Positions 43,819-55,082 of a stretch of 64,000 nt of DNA are shown here, one piece after another. Location: the NCBI GenBank assembly GCA_965153355.1, contig OZ231126.1, forward strand, positions 620,001 to 684,000, in the 5' to 3' direction. A model generated the notes under the pieces. The model was not told the DNA's origin. It saw only the letters and a list, made by a program, of their open reading frames with translations, and did no database searches. The translations under genes were made by a program, and so were the position numbers. Within the stretch, counting starts at the first letter, position 1, and each line of letters begins with the position of its first letter. This DNA comes from Flaccisagitta enflata. Lineage: Eukaryota.

Positions 43819-44268
43819 CTCTTTCAAATCCATTTGACATGAGCGCGATCAGCAAATTGAGCATAACCACGACGGCGAAAACGTGATACAAGCCAAGAAA
43901 CAATTCCCCGATCCAACTCGGCGACAGAGGCTCATTCGGGGCGAAATTGAAATCTTTTCCAATATCTTCTTTGGTGTAATTGTACTCTTTCATAATCTCG
44001 AAGAATGTGTCGTTGTCGAGTCCCGGTTGGCATAATCTCTCTCTCAATTTCAACATGTCATCTGGGTCTAAATACTCATCGTGATCATCGGCGTTCTCCT
44101 TCGGCTTTCTCAGATTGGGCAAGAATATCTTCAAATTTTTCATGTTGCTGTAACCAAACAGAGTCCAAAACAGACTCTTTAACGTTTCGATGAAATCGGG
44201 GAATTTTGATTCGATGAGTTGGCAGATTGGGAGGTTAGTGAGTGGACTCAGCGTGATTTGCCACATGC
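43819..44268 (-). CDS. TRPC-like channel, exon 4 (pore and S6)
   Basis: FIETLKSLFWTLFG is the TRPC LFW pore helix; WIGELFLGLYHVFAVVVMLNLLIALMSNGFER is S6. Donor G|gtaagt, phase 1. Confidence 0.92.
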
Positions 44269-44294
44269 CTTGACAATTGAAGTGAGTAGAATGA

Positions 44295-45144
44295 GGGCGT
44301 GTTTCCAGTGACAACTAAAAACGCGTTTCTTCCCGTTAAACGCCTTTACAGCGTGAACAGATATTTATGAATTTCTATGGTCCCACGAGGGAGTGAGCAA
44401 AGTGAGTGAGGAAACCTGTGAGTGAGCGAGCCTGTGAATGGAGCCAGCGAGCAAAGCGAGTATAACAGGGTGTGCAAAAAAATCTCATACTAGCCATCAA
44501 ATCCATACAAAAGACACCTTGATTTGGAGAAATTCCTTAGGATTAATGTTCAAAATTGAAAAATAGGTCATTTTTCAAACTTTAGGAAAGGAAAAATGAT
44601 GAATGGTAGACAGCAGAATAGGTTTTTAGACCAACAGGGGTGTAAGTAAAAAGTCACAAAAGATTTTTTTTAATGAAAAAACATTTATCTCTGGTCTAAG
44701 TTTGATTGATATATTACTTTTTAAGACTGAAAACCCTCCTAGATGACCTACCTAACTCCCCTTGATAACGATCCATCTAGGAGCCAATAAAGTTGAAAAA
44801 ACCTTCATTTTTAAACAAACACAGCTCTGCAAATAAAATAATGTCAAAATCTGATTTCCCGTTTGTTCTCAAGTATATTTCATGGCCATGTTTAAAAATT
44901 ATATCAGATGTTCATAGATACTACTTTTAGTATGACTAACTGAGATACTCTGGTTCAAATTTTAACTCATAACTCCCATAACAAGTATGGTTTTCATGCT
45001 ATAGAGCAAGCATGACATTTTTCGCTCACCCTGTTAGCAAGGTGAAGCACTGCGAAGCGAGTGAGCTGAGTGAACGGAGTGAGCGAACAAACAGGGCGAG
45101 TGACCAAGTGGCCCAAGTGGTTGTCTGTAACTAGAAACACGCCC
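44295..45144. mobile_element. PIF/Harbinger-like MITE with a nested Tc1/mariner-like element (about 44466-45033)
   Basis: TIRs gggcgtgtttccag / ctagaaacacgccc with an exact 3-bp TSD TGA (44292-44294 and 45145-45147). The inner element has cagggtgtgc / gctcaccctg ends. Superfamily labels are inferred from TSD and termini only. Confidence 0.75.
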
Positions 45145-45166
45145 TGAGTCTTGATTTGCCACATGC

Positions 45167-45400
45167 CTTGATAATTGATGTACGTCATTTGTATACAAAT
45201 CGCGAAGCAGAAAGTGTACAAGGAAAAAGCCAAAGCAAAATAAGTGATGTGCCGAATGGTTTTGACCATCATCAAGTTCATCGTGCCCATGGCTTTGTGG
45301 AATTGGAAGATGCGAGCAAATTGGCAGAAGAGCATAAGACAGGCGATCTTGAAGATCATCTCGTGGCCAACCACAAATTGGGCGAAGGTGTCGATGTAGC
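45167..45400 (-). CDS. TRPC-like channel, exon 3 (S4, S4-S5 linker, S5)
   Basis: aaatag|(G)YIDTFAQFVVGHEMIFKIACLMLFCQFARIFQFHKAMGTMNLMMVKTIRHITYF...TYINYQ G|gcatgt. Aligns to TRPC S4-S5. The donor is an inferred GC site. Confidence 0.8.
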
Positions 45401-45526
45401 CTATTTTTTTGGGTTACACATGATTTACAATTTGGGGTTTATACAATAAGTGAGGTGAAACCAAGTAAGACATGCTGAAATTTGTCATGGAATATTTCTT
45501 TATCTTCAACTATATTTTTCTTTTTC

Positions 45527-45606
<80 letters not shown>

Positions 45607-47163
45607 TTTTTCTTTCTTTCCTTCTTTATTTCTTTCTTTACTTCTTTCTTTCTTTCTTTATTTCTTTCTTTCGTTCTTTCTTTCTTTCTTTCTTTCTTTT
45701 TTTTTCTTTCTTTCTTTCTGTCATGCTAGTCTTTCCAGCTTGTTCTTCTTTCATTTATAAAAACAAGGCCGGATACACGGCCAATCCGTAGTCGCTGCTG
45801 GTGGGCAGGGGCAGTAATGCGGGTGGGCAGGGGCAGTATGGGAGTGGGCGGGGGGTATTGATGCCAGGCAGGAGCTGTGATGGTCAGAAATCCGTTTTTC
45901 AGTCGATTTTTCGTCATCAAAATTTTCCTATTTCATACATTCAGACAGACAGACAGACAGACAGACAGACCAAGGGACATACCCTCTTATAGAGTCGCTA
46001 GGCAGCGACTAAAAAGATGAGTACTTCCACAGAAGATATGTTACATTCTATGTAGGAGATAGATATACGGACAAAAGGTAGTCTCTTCACTCAATTGAAT
46101 CAATCTTTTATCATTAAGTGATATTTTGATCTATCATGTACTTCTGTTTTGAGCTTTTATGGGATTGGTCTGTGATTTTTAGTCGCGTGCACTCTATGAC
46201 CCGCTCTGTCCGTCGGTCGGTCGGTCGGTCGGTCGGTTGGTCGGTTGGTCGGAGACGCTTAGCTTTTTGTGTCGTTTTTGGTCATTTTGGGTTGTCTGAA
46301 GTTATTATGAGTCATTTTTTTGTTGTTTTTGGTCATTTTTGGTTGCTTTTAGTCATTTTTGGTGGCTTTTAATCATTTTTGGTCATTTTTGATCTATTAT
46401 GTCACTTTGTTTATTTAAGTCATTTGTGTCGTTTTTGGGCATTTAAAGTAGTTCTAAGTCATTTTAGATCATTTTCGGACATTTTAGGTCATTTTTGGAC
46501 ATTTAACATGTTTTTTAGTCGCGTGCTACGCGACTCTACACCCCGCTTTGTCGGTCCGTTGGTCAGTCCGTCCGTCCGTCGGTCACGTTTTACTTTTTTG
46601 GGGTTTTTGGGGTTATTGGCCTCACCGCTTCTGCCCAAATCATCTAGTAACCTCAACTACAGCCCCTGCCCACCCGCACGCGACTGGGGTAGCTGTGTAT
46701 CCGGCCTTGTTTTTGTAAGTTTTGGTCATTTATGTTTTTTTGTTTTTTTGGTGTTTGGTTTTTGGTTTTTGGTTTTTGGTTTTTGGGTTTTTGGGTTTTT
46801 GGGTTTTTGGTTTTTGGTTTTTGGTTTTTGGTTTTTGGTTTTTGGTTTTTTGTTTTTCGTTTTTGGTTTTTTGGTCATTTATCATGGTTTTTTGGTATGT
46901 ATTGGTCATTTATGTTTTCAGTTTTTTGGTTTTTTGGTTTTTGGTTTTTGGTTTTTGGTTTTTGGTTTTTGGTTTTTGGTTTTTGGTTTTTGGTTTTTGG
47001 TTTTTTTCTTTTTTGTTTTTTGTTTTTTGTTTTTTTGTTTTTTGTTTTATTCTTTTTTGTTTTTTTTTGTTTTTTGTTTTTTTGGTTTTTGGTTTTTGGG
47101 TTTGTTTTTTTTTGGTATTTTGGTCATGTTTTTTGGTATATTTTGGTCATTTCTGTCATTTCA

Positions 47164-47600
47164 AGTCTGCTGGTTTAAGTCTGCTGGTTTAAGTCTGCTG
47201 GTTTTTGAGTCTGCTGGTTTTTGAGTCTGCTGGTTTTTAAGTTGGCTGGTTTTAAGTCGGCTGGTTTTTAAGTCGGCTGGTTTTTAAGTCGGCTGGTTTT
47301 TAAGTTGGCTGGTTTTTAAGTCGGCTGGTTTTTAAGTCGGCTGGTTTTTAAGTCGGCTGGTTTTTAAGTCAGCTGGTTTTTAAGTTGGCTGGTTTTTAAG
47401 TCGGCTGGTTTTTAAGTTGGCTGGTTTTTAAGTCGGCTGGTTTTTAAGTTGGCTGGTTTTTAAGTCGGCTGGTTTTTAAGTCGGCTGGTTTTTAAGTTGC
47501 TGGTTTAAGTTGGCTGGTTAAAGTTGGCTGGTTAAAGTCTACTGGTTTAAGTCTGCTGGTTTAAGTCTGCTGGTTTAAGTCTGTTGGTTTAAGCCTGGTT
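47164..47600. repeat. 14-16 bp minisatellite
   Basis: (aagtcggctggttttt)n with variants, adjoining a (tttggtt)n tract from about 46750. Confidence 0.9.
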
Positions 47601-49587
47601 TAGTCATTTTTCATTGATTGGGTTGATGGAGTTGATTAATTTGACTCAATTACAAAAGTCACCACTTTTTCCAGTGGTCCCGGCCTGTAACTGGGTGGGT
47701 TTCCACGGCCTCCAATACCTTATTAAGCTGATTTATTCAACAATTCATAAAAGTCAATCTAGTCAACTAAATCATTTTATTCATTTCTTATATTTCTCCC
47801 TATTCAGTCATGTTAATAAGGAGTCAGGTCAATTCAGTTTTTTATGTCTCGCACGCGACTTAAAGGTGTTGGCCTTGTTTAACTTGAATCGGCGTATCCT
47901 TAATTTCCCAATCAGCAACAAACAAGGTCATTAGACCTAAGTCGCGTGCTTCAGCACTTTCAAAAGATGTCATGCAGACAGACGGACAAAAAGTTTTTTT
48001 TGAAAAGCACTTTATAAAAGGCTTTTTACTCCTCCAAGTTTCTTCTCTGCCATCTAGAGCCATCAAAAACGCAATAAAAAGCCTTTAAAACGACTTTGTG
48101 ACGGACCAACCGACCGACGGACCGACCGACCGACCGACGGACCGACCGACCGACCGACCGACCGACCGACCGACAAAGTGGCTTATAGAGTCGCGTAGCA
48201 CGCGACTAAAAAATCATTGTCTCGTTTTCTTTTTTTTTTCTTTTTATAATAAATACTTTCAGAGAAATATTTATGAATGCAGGCGACAATTTTTTGTTTA
48301 ATCAAGAATTCATCAAAAATGTGATCTGATGGGGCCAGGCGGAAAATTTGTTGTCAACCTCTTTAGACATCAAAACTCTTTCCATTTTGGTTGTCCTAAG
48401 AAGATTTGATATGAAAACCACTTAATCAGATTTTAGTAATACAGCTGGCGGACCTTAAATCCGTTGGAATTAGCGGGACCCCTCTTGATTTAGTTGATTT
48501 CAACAGTTTCAACAGGATATTTACTATAGTTTATATAGCAAAAAATATAAATTACAATTTTACTCAAAATACGTCATCTTCGATTTTTTTCATTTTCTGG
48601 CCATTAAGGGCCCTAAGTGAGCCGACTTTGGTGAAACATTAATCTCAGATACTCCCCGCCCCTAAGGGGCCCAAAATTGGGGCAAAAAAAATTTGACGTT
48701 AAATCCGTTGGTTTTAGCGGGGGCAGGGTCACTTTTTTAAATCACCATGCTAAAACCGCTGATTTTAACGGGTTTAACGGCAAATTCCCCTATTTTGGTC
48801 CTCCACATACATATCCACTATCTTGAGACCCTATTTAATAACAAAAGAGAAAAAGTGAGCACACATGAGCACACATGAGCAAGCATGAGCAAGCATGAGC
48901 AAGCATGCTAAAACTGCTGATTTTAACGGGTTTAACGGCAAATTCCCCTATTTTGGTCCTCCATATGCATATGCAGTATCTTGAGCACCTATTTAATAAC
49001 AAAAAAGAATAAGTGAGCACACATGAGCACACATGAGCAAGCATGAGCAAGCATGAGCAAGCATGCTAAAACTGCTGATTTTAACGGGTTTAATGACAAA
49101 TTCCCCTATTTTGGTCCTCCACATCCATATCCAGTATCTTGAGACCCTATTTAATAACAAGAAAGAATAAGTGAGCACGCATCAGCACACATGAGCAAGC
49201 ATGAGCAAGCATGCTAAAACCGCTGATGTTAACGGGTTTAATGGCAAATTCCCCTATTTTGGTCCTCCACATGCATATCCAGTATCTTTAGACCCTATTT
49301 AATGACAAAAAAGAATAAGTGAGCACACATGAGCAAGCATGAGTAAGCATGAGCAAGCATGCTAAAACCGCTGATTTTAACTGGTCTAATGGCAAATTCC
49401 CCTATTTTGGTCCTCCTCATCCATATCCAGTATCTTGAGACCCTATTTAATGAAAAAAAAAAGAAAAAGTGAGCACACATGAGCACACATGAGCAAGCAT
49501 GAGTAAGCATGAGCAAGCATGCTAAAACCGCTGATTTTAACAGGTTTAATGACAAATTCCCCTATTTTTGTCCTCCACATCCATATC

Positions 49588-49718
49588 CAGCGGCGTATAT
49601 GAGGGGGCTTCCGCAGCTGCCGCGGCAGCTGTAAGATTTTGGACAAGAATAATTTCGGTCAATGGGAGTCAAGAAAACAGAGAGAGAGAGAAAAAAAAAA
49701 GAGGGGAAAGGAGGAGAA

Positions 49719-49806
<88 letters not shown>

Positions 49807-50191
49807 GACAGAGACAGACAGAGAGAGAGAGAGATATTCAGAACACGAAACCTGTTTTTCATGGTAGAAACAATGGGCCCCATAGGATATGTGACTATCC
49901 ATGCCATGCTTTGGACTGCTTTCTTCTTTTTGATCAAATCACTCTTTTGTAAACTTATAAACTGATATACTTATTAGTCATACACTGATTTAAAAGTTGT
50001 TGTTTTACATGGTTTTATTATCTAATAGTAATGTATAGTAATAGATAGTCAGGTATAGTCATATATAGTTATATGTAATAGTGTATAGTTAATGATAGTA
50101 TCATATAGTAATACATAGGTCGGACAGGGACTATGTCGGGACATAGATTGGAGGCGGAAGCTGCTTTAGTCTTGGCTTGGATATGCCACTG
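49588..50191. mobile_element. hAT-like non-autonomous element inserted in the satellite arm
   Basis: TIRs cagcggcgtatat / atatgccactg, flanked by 8-bp near-identical tccatatc / tctatatc. The satellite unit resumes after it. Confidence 0.65.
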
Positions 50192-52338
50192 TCTATATCC
50201 ATTATCTTGAGACCCTATTTAATGACAAAAAAGAAGCACACATGAGCACATGAGCACACATGAGCAAGCATGAGCAAGCATGCTAAAACCGCTGATGTTT
50301 ACGGGTTTAATGGCAAATTCCCCTATTTTGGTCCTCCACATGCATATCCAGTATCTTGAGACCCTATTTAATAACAATAAAGAATAAGTGAGCACACATG
50401 AGCACCCATGAGCAAGCATGAGCAAGCATGAGCAAGCATGCTAAAACTGCTGATTTTAATGGGTTTAACGGCAAAATCCCCTATTTTGGTTCTCCACATG
50501 CATATCCAGTATCTTAAGACCCTATTTAATGATAAAAAAGAATAAGTGAGCACACATGAGCACACATGAGTAAGCATGAGCAAGCATGCTAAAACCGCTG
50601 ATTTTAACGGGTTTAATGGCAAAATCTCTATTTTGGTCCCTCACATGCATACCTAGCATCTTGAGACCTTGTATGATAACAAAAAAGAGTAAGTGAGCAC
50701 ACATTAGCAAGCATGAGCAAGCATGAGCAAGCATGCTAAATCTGCTGATTTTAATGGGTTTAATGGCAAATTCCCCTATTTTGGTTCTCCACATGCATAT
50801 CCAGTATCTTGAGACCCAATTTAATGACAAAAAAGAATAAGTGAGCACACATGAGCACACATGAGCAAGCATGAGCAATACGCTGTCCTATATACACTCA
50901 AGTGCCTAATAATGCTCTGTTAAGATGAAAATCCTATCACACATCATGAGATAGACACATACTAATTGTCCGAGGATCTAGAACAAGCTACAACCTTAAC
51001 TAACACTCATTTTTTACTTTTTAGAAAAGGAAATGTAACAAGTAAGCACACATACGCAAGCATGAGCATGAATGCTACATCTGCTGATTTTATTGGGTTT
51101 AACATAGAAATCCCCTATTTTGGCCCTCTACATGCTTATTTAACATCATGTGACCCTCTTTGGTGACAAAAAAGAGTGAGTGAGCAGTGAGCACACATGA
51201 GCAAGCATGAGCAAGAATGCTAAATCCACCGATTCTTACAGGTTTAACATTAAAATCCCCAATTTTGGTCCTCCACATGCTGTTTTGACATCATGAGACC
51301 CTCCATGGTTACAATAAAGAAGGTAACTATGGCAAAGAAAAAAAGCGAACACTTTGTTTTGCTAGTTTCTGCTCAACTATGGGCCTGAACCATAGAAAAT
51401 CCATGACCGTTTTAAAGCTCTGCAAAAAATCTTCCAAATGCGACGTTGCTGGTCATTGTAGCTTTATTCGTTTAGAAATGGCAATGGTTTGAAGAAAAAA
51501 ATCGCCGATTGAAAAAAGTGCTTATTCCAACTTTTTTTCCAATGAGCGATTTTAGTCTTTCCGTTTTTGTCAGTAATGCAGCTCAGGATTGTCTTAGCTA
51601 CTCGTTATCCATGAGCAAATTAAAGAGCTTCAAATTTTCTTTAAAATGGCGCCAAGAATGATTTTTTAACTCAATGCGTTTAGTTTTTATGTTAGAATAA
51701 AGATAACCCATGAAAGTGGCGTAGTGAATTTCCAAATTCTTGACCACCTGTCTTCATTCTAATGCCATTTCTAAACGGATAGAGCTAGAACATTCAGCAA
51801 GGTCTCACTTGAAAGATCTTTCGCAGATCTTTAAAATGGTCATGGATTTTGCTATGTTTTTCTCATTGCTTGTATGTGAAACATTGACAAACAAGTTGTT
51901 CGCTTTTTTTTTTTGCCATAGTTACGTTTCACGGTCTCGCAGGCGGAGTATGAGGAAAATTAGTCATTTTTAAAATTAGACAAACCTAGGAAATCTATAT
52001 ATCATTATAAAGCTTATACATTATTGTAAATGAATTCACTTTTGGATTTTGTTAGCAGGGTCCAATTCTTATGTAAATTAGGTTATTATGAAAAAATATC
52101 AAATTGGCCTTTATTTCAAAATTAAACCATCTAGAGAAGTAAGATTGACCTGCATTTGTGCCAATAGGCTGGGGCAAACGTGTGTAGACTACATCAATCA
52201 TTTGGCAGTTGGTCAGTTGGTCCGTTGGTCTGTTGGTCCCTTAGTCCGTCAGTCCGTTGGTCTGTTGATTCATTGGTTGGTCTGTGAACAGACTCCCAAA
52301 TACTTCCCTGAAGTGTGGAAACGCACCTTTAAGATACT

Positions 52339-52417
<79 letters not shown>

Positions 52418-53394
52418 CGTGCTGGAGTGGGTTGGTCAACCCTACCCACTTTTCATCTTTGTTCTTTGTTCCCTTCTTTCTCTCCTGAAATAAAAGACAC
52501 TTTATCTGTTTTCATCTTTCTCTCATTCTTTCTTTCTTGTCTTCTTTCTTTTTCTTTTCTTTTTTAGTCGCGGACACCCAACTCTACACCTTGCCGTGTT
52601 GGTCAGTTGGTAGGACGGTTGGTAGGTCGGTCCGTCCGTCCATCACATTTTTTAAATTCCAAGCGGTTTTTGCATTACTGCTCTTGCCCAACCATCCGCG
52701 ACTGGATTGCCATGTATCCGGCCTTGTTTCATTGTTGTTTTTTTTTTCCTTTTTTGGGCAGCAGCTCGAAGGGGCCGATGACCTTTGCTCTCACACATAT
52801 GGGAGATTTCTCCTCCTCCTCCATCTCCTTCTCCTTCTCCATCCTCCCCCCCCCACTTGCCCTAGGCTCCATATCTAGCCTCGAGGTCCCATTCCTAGCC
52901 TCGACGCCCCGTTCCTAGTCTCAAGGCCCCATTCCTAGCCTCGAAACCCCATTTCTAGCCCCGAGGCCCTATTCCTTGCTTCAAGGTCCCATTATTAGCC
53001 TTGAGGCTCCAGTTCACACCTCGCAGCTCCTGTCCCAGCCTTGAGGCTCCAATCCCAGCTTCCAGGCTCTAACTCCGGCCTAGAGGCTGGGACCCCAGCC
53101 CTGCGGCTCCAACCCTAGCCAAAAAGCTTCATTCTGGCCTCGTAGCCCAAATCCCAGCCTCAATGCTCAAATCTTAGCCCAGCATAGGTCATCGGCTCCT
53201 TCGGGGCCGCTGCCCCTCTCACCTTCACATGTTACATACACTAACTTGGGGGCAACGGGTACCGCTGACCATCTGACGCTTTTGCGACTATTCATTGTAG
53301 GTTTTCATTCTAGGTTTCTAGTCTAGTCTGACGATCTTTATATGCAGCTTTGTCTTCATCATCATCATCATCTTCTTCTTTTTCTTTCTCTTTT

Positions 53395-53905
53395 TGGGCA
53401 GCGGCCCCAAAGGGCCGATGTCCTGTAGGAAACAGGGGCTAAAAATTACGTCCGTCCGTACGTACCCCCCCCCTCCGAAGCTTCTCAAGCCTCCCCGGAC
53501 TCAAATCCAGCCTCTCAGGCCTCAAATCTGGCCTCTCGGGCCTCAAATCTGGCCTCTCAGGCCTCAAATCCAGCCTCTCAGGCCTCAAATCCAGCCTCTC
53601 AGGCCTCAAATCCAGCCTCATGGGCCTCAAATTCAGCCTCTTGGGCTTTTAATCCAGCCTCTCAGGCCTCAAATTCCCATTGAATAAAATGGCAAATTGA
53701 CAAAAAATTGAGAAAAATTCCAAATTCCCAATGAATATTATGAAAAATTACCCCAAATATGCTCTCTCAGGACGTATGGAAATTCACCCGTGTCCTACAG
53801 GACATCGGCCCTTTGGGGCCGCTGCCCTGCTCCCACTCCACCTCTTTAGCTGATTACTCCAAGCAGGGCATCGGGTACCGCTGACCATGTGCGATCCTTG
53901 GATGA
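53395..53905. mobile_element. Helentron/HINE-like family B (representative copy)
   Basis: Inverted repeats gggcagcggcccc / ggggccgctgccc enclose a 21-bp (ctcaaatccagcctctcaggc)n array and are followed by gggtaccgctgacc. Related copies at about 4853-5310, 5440-6005, 20324-21640, 40205-40617, 52755-53290 and 63143-64000. Confidence 0.6.
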
Positions 53906-53982
53906 CTAGTTCTTTTTCTGCTTCTTCTTCTTCTTCTTCTTCTTCTTCTTCTTCTTCTTCTTCTTCTTCTTCTTCTTCTTCT

Positions 53983-54037
<55 letters not shown>

Positions 54038-54081
54038 TCTTCTTCTTTCTTCTTCATCTCCTTTTCATTTTGATTCCATAA

Positions 54082-54116
<35 letters not shown>

Positions 54117-54284
54117 AATGATGATGATGATGATGATGATGATGTTGATGTTTGATGATGATTGATGATGATGATGATGATGATGATAATGGTAATAATG
54201 ATGATGGTTATGAACTGGTGTTGGTTACAATTGTTAATGATTATGATGAATTTGATTCCATAACTGATGAAGATGATAAAGATA

Positions 54285-54341
<57 letters not shown>

Positions 54342-54739
54342 TTTGATGATTGATGATAATGATCATGCCTGGTAGCTTAGAAATTGCGTCCTTGGTGTTT
54401 TTAAAAGCTTCTCTTTGGGATCCTTGATGTTGTGTCGCTCCATCATAACTATATTTGGGAACGCACATGCAGGATGCTTTGGATTAACTGGGATCACTAT
54501 TCAATGAATTGTGTCAGTAAGTGTGATTGTGGGGGGGGGAGGCGAGGTCACTTGTTTTGCCCCGGTAAATGCAATTGCATCTAAGTTTCAAAAACACCTT
54601 CAAAGCATTTAAAATTACAAATTGATATTCAATTTCCTAGTCTTCATATCTTTGCAGCAGTATCTCAGAAAGAAACACCCAAAATTCTGTTATTTATGCT
54701 ACTCTTAAGGCATTTTTCAGCATAAAATGATACCTAATT

Positions 54740-55082
54740 AATTTCAACAATCAAGGTAGAAAATATTGTAGGCGAGTGTCTTTGAATCTTTTACTCCTTT
54801 TTTGATCCTTTACAAGTTAATGCTGCAGAGAAAAAAAGAGAAAAACCTTAAAGACAGTTCAAAAATGCTATTTTTACAGCATTTCCACAGCATTTTACAG
54901 CATAGAATGATAATAAATTTCAACAATCAAAGTAGGAAATCATGTAGGTGAGTGTCTTTGGCCCTTTTACTCTCTTTTTGATCCTTTATAAGTTAATGCT
55001 GCAGAGGAAAAAGGAGAAATACCTTAAAAACAGTTAAAAAATGCTATTTTTACAGCATTTCCACAGCATTTTACAGCATGAA
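54740..55082. repeat. Two-copy tandem duplication, about 175 bp
   Basis: aatttcaacaatcaa...gtgtctttg...gttaatgctgcagag...cagcattttacagcat occurs twice in succession. Confidence 0.8.

Noticed and set aside
46750-47120. (TTTGGTT)n tract as a telomeric repeat
   Set aside because: It is irregular, intronic and flanked by interspersed repeats, and it does not match TTAGG or TTAGGG.
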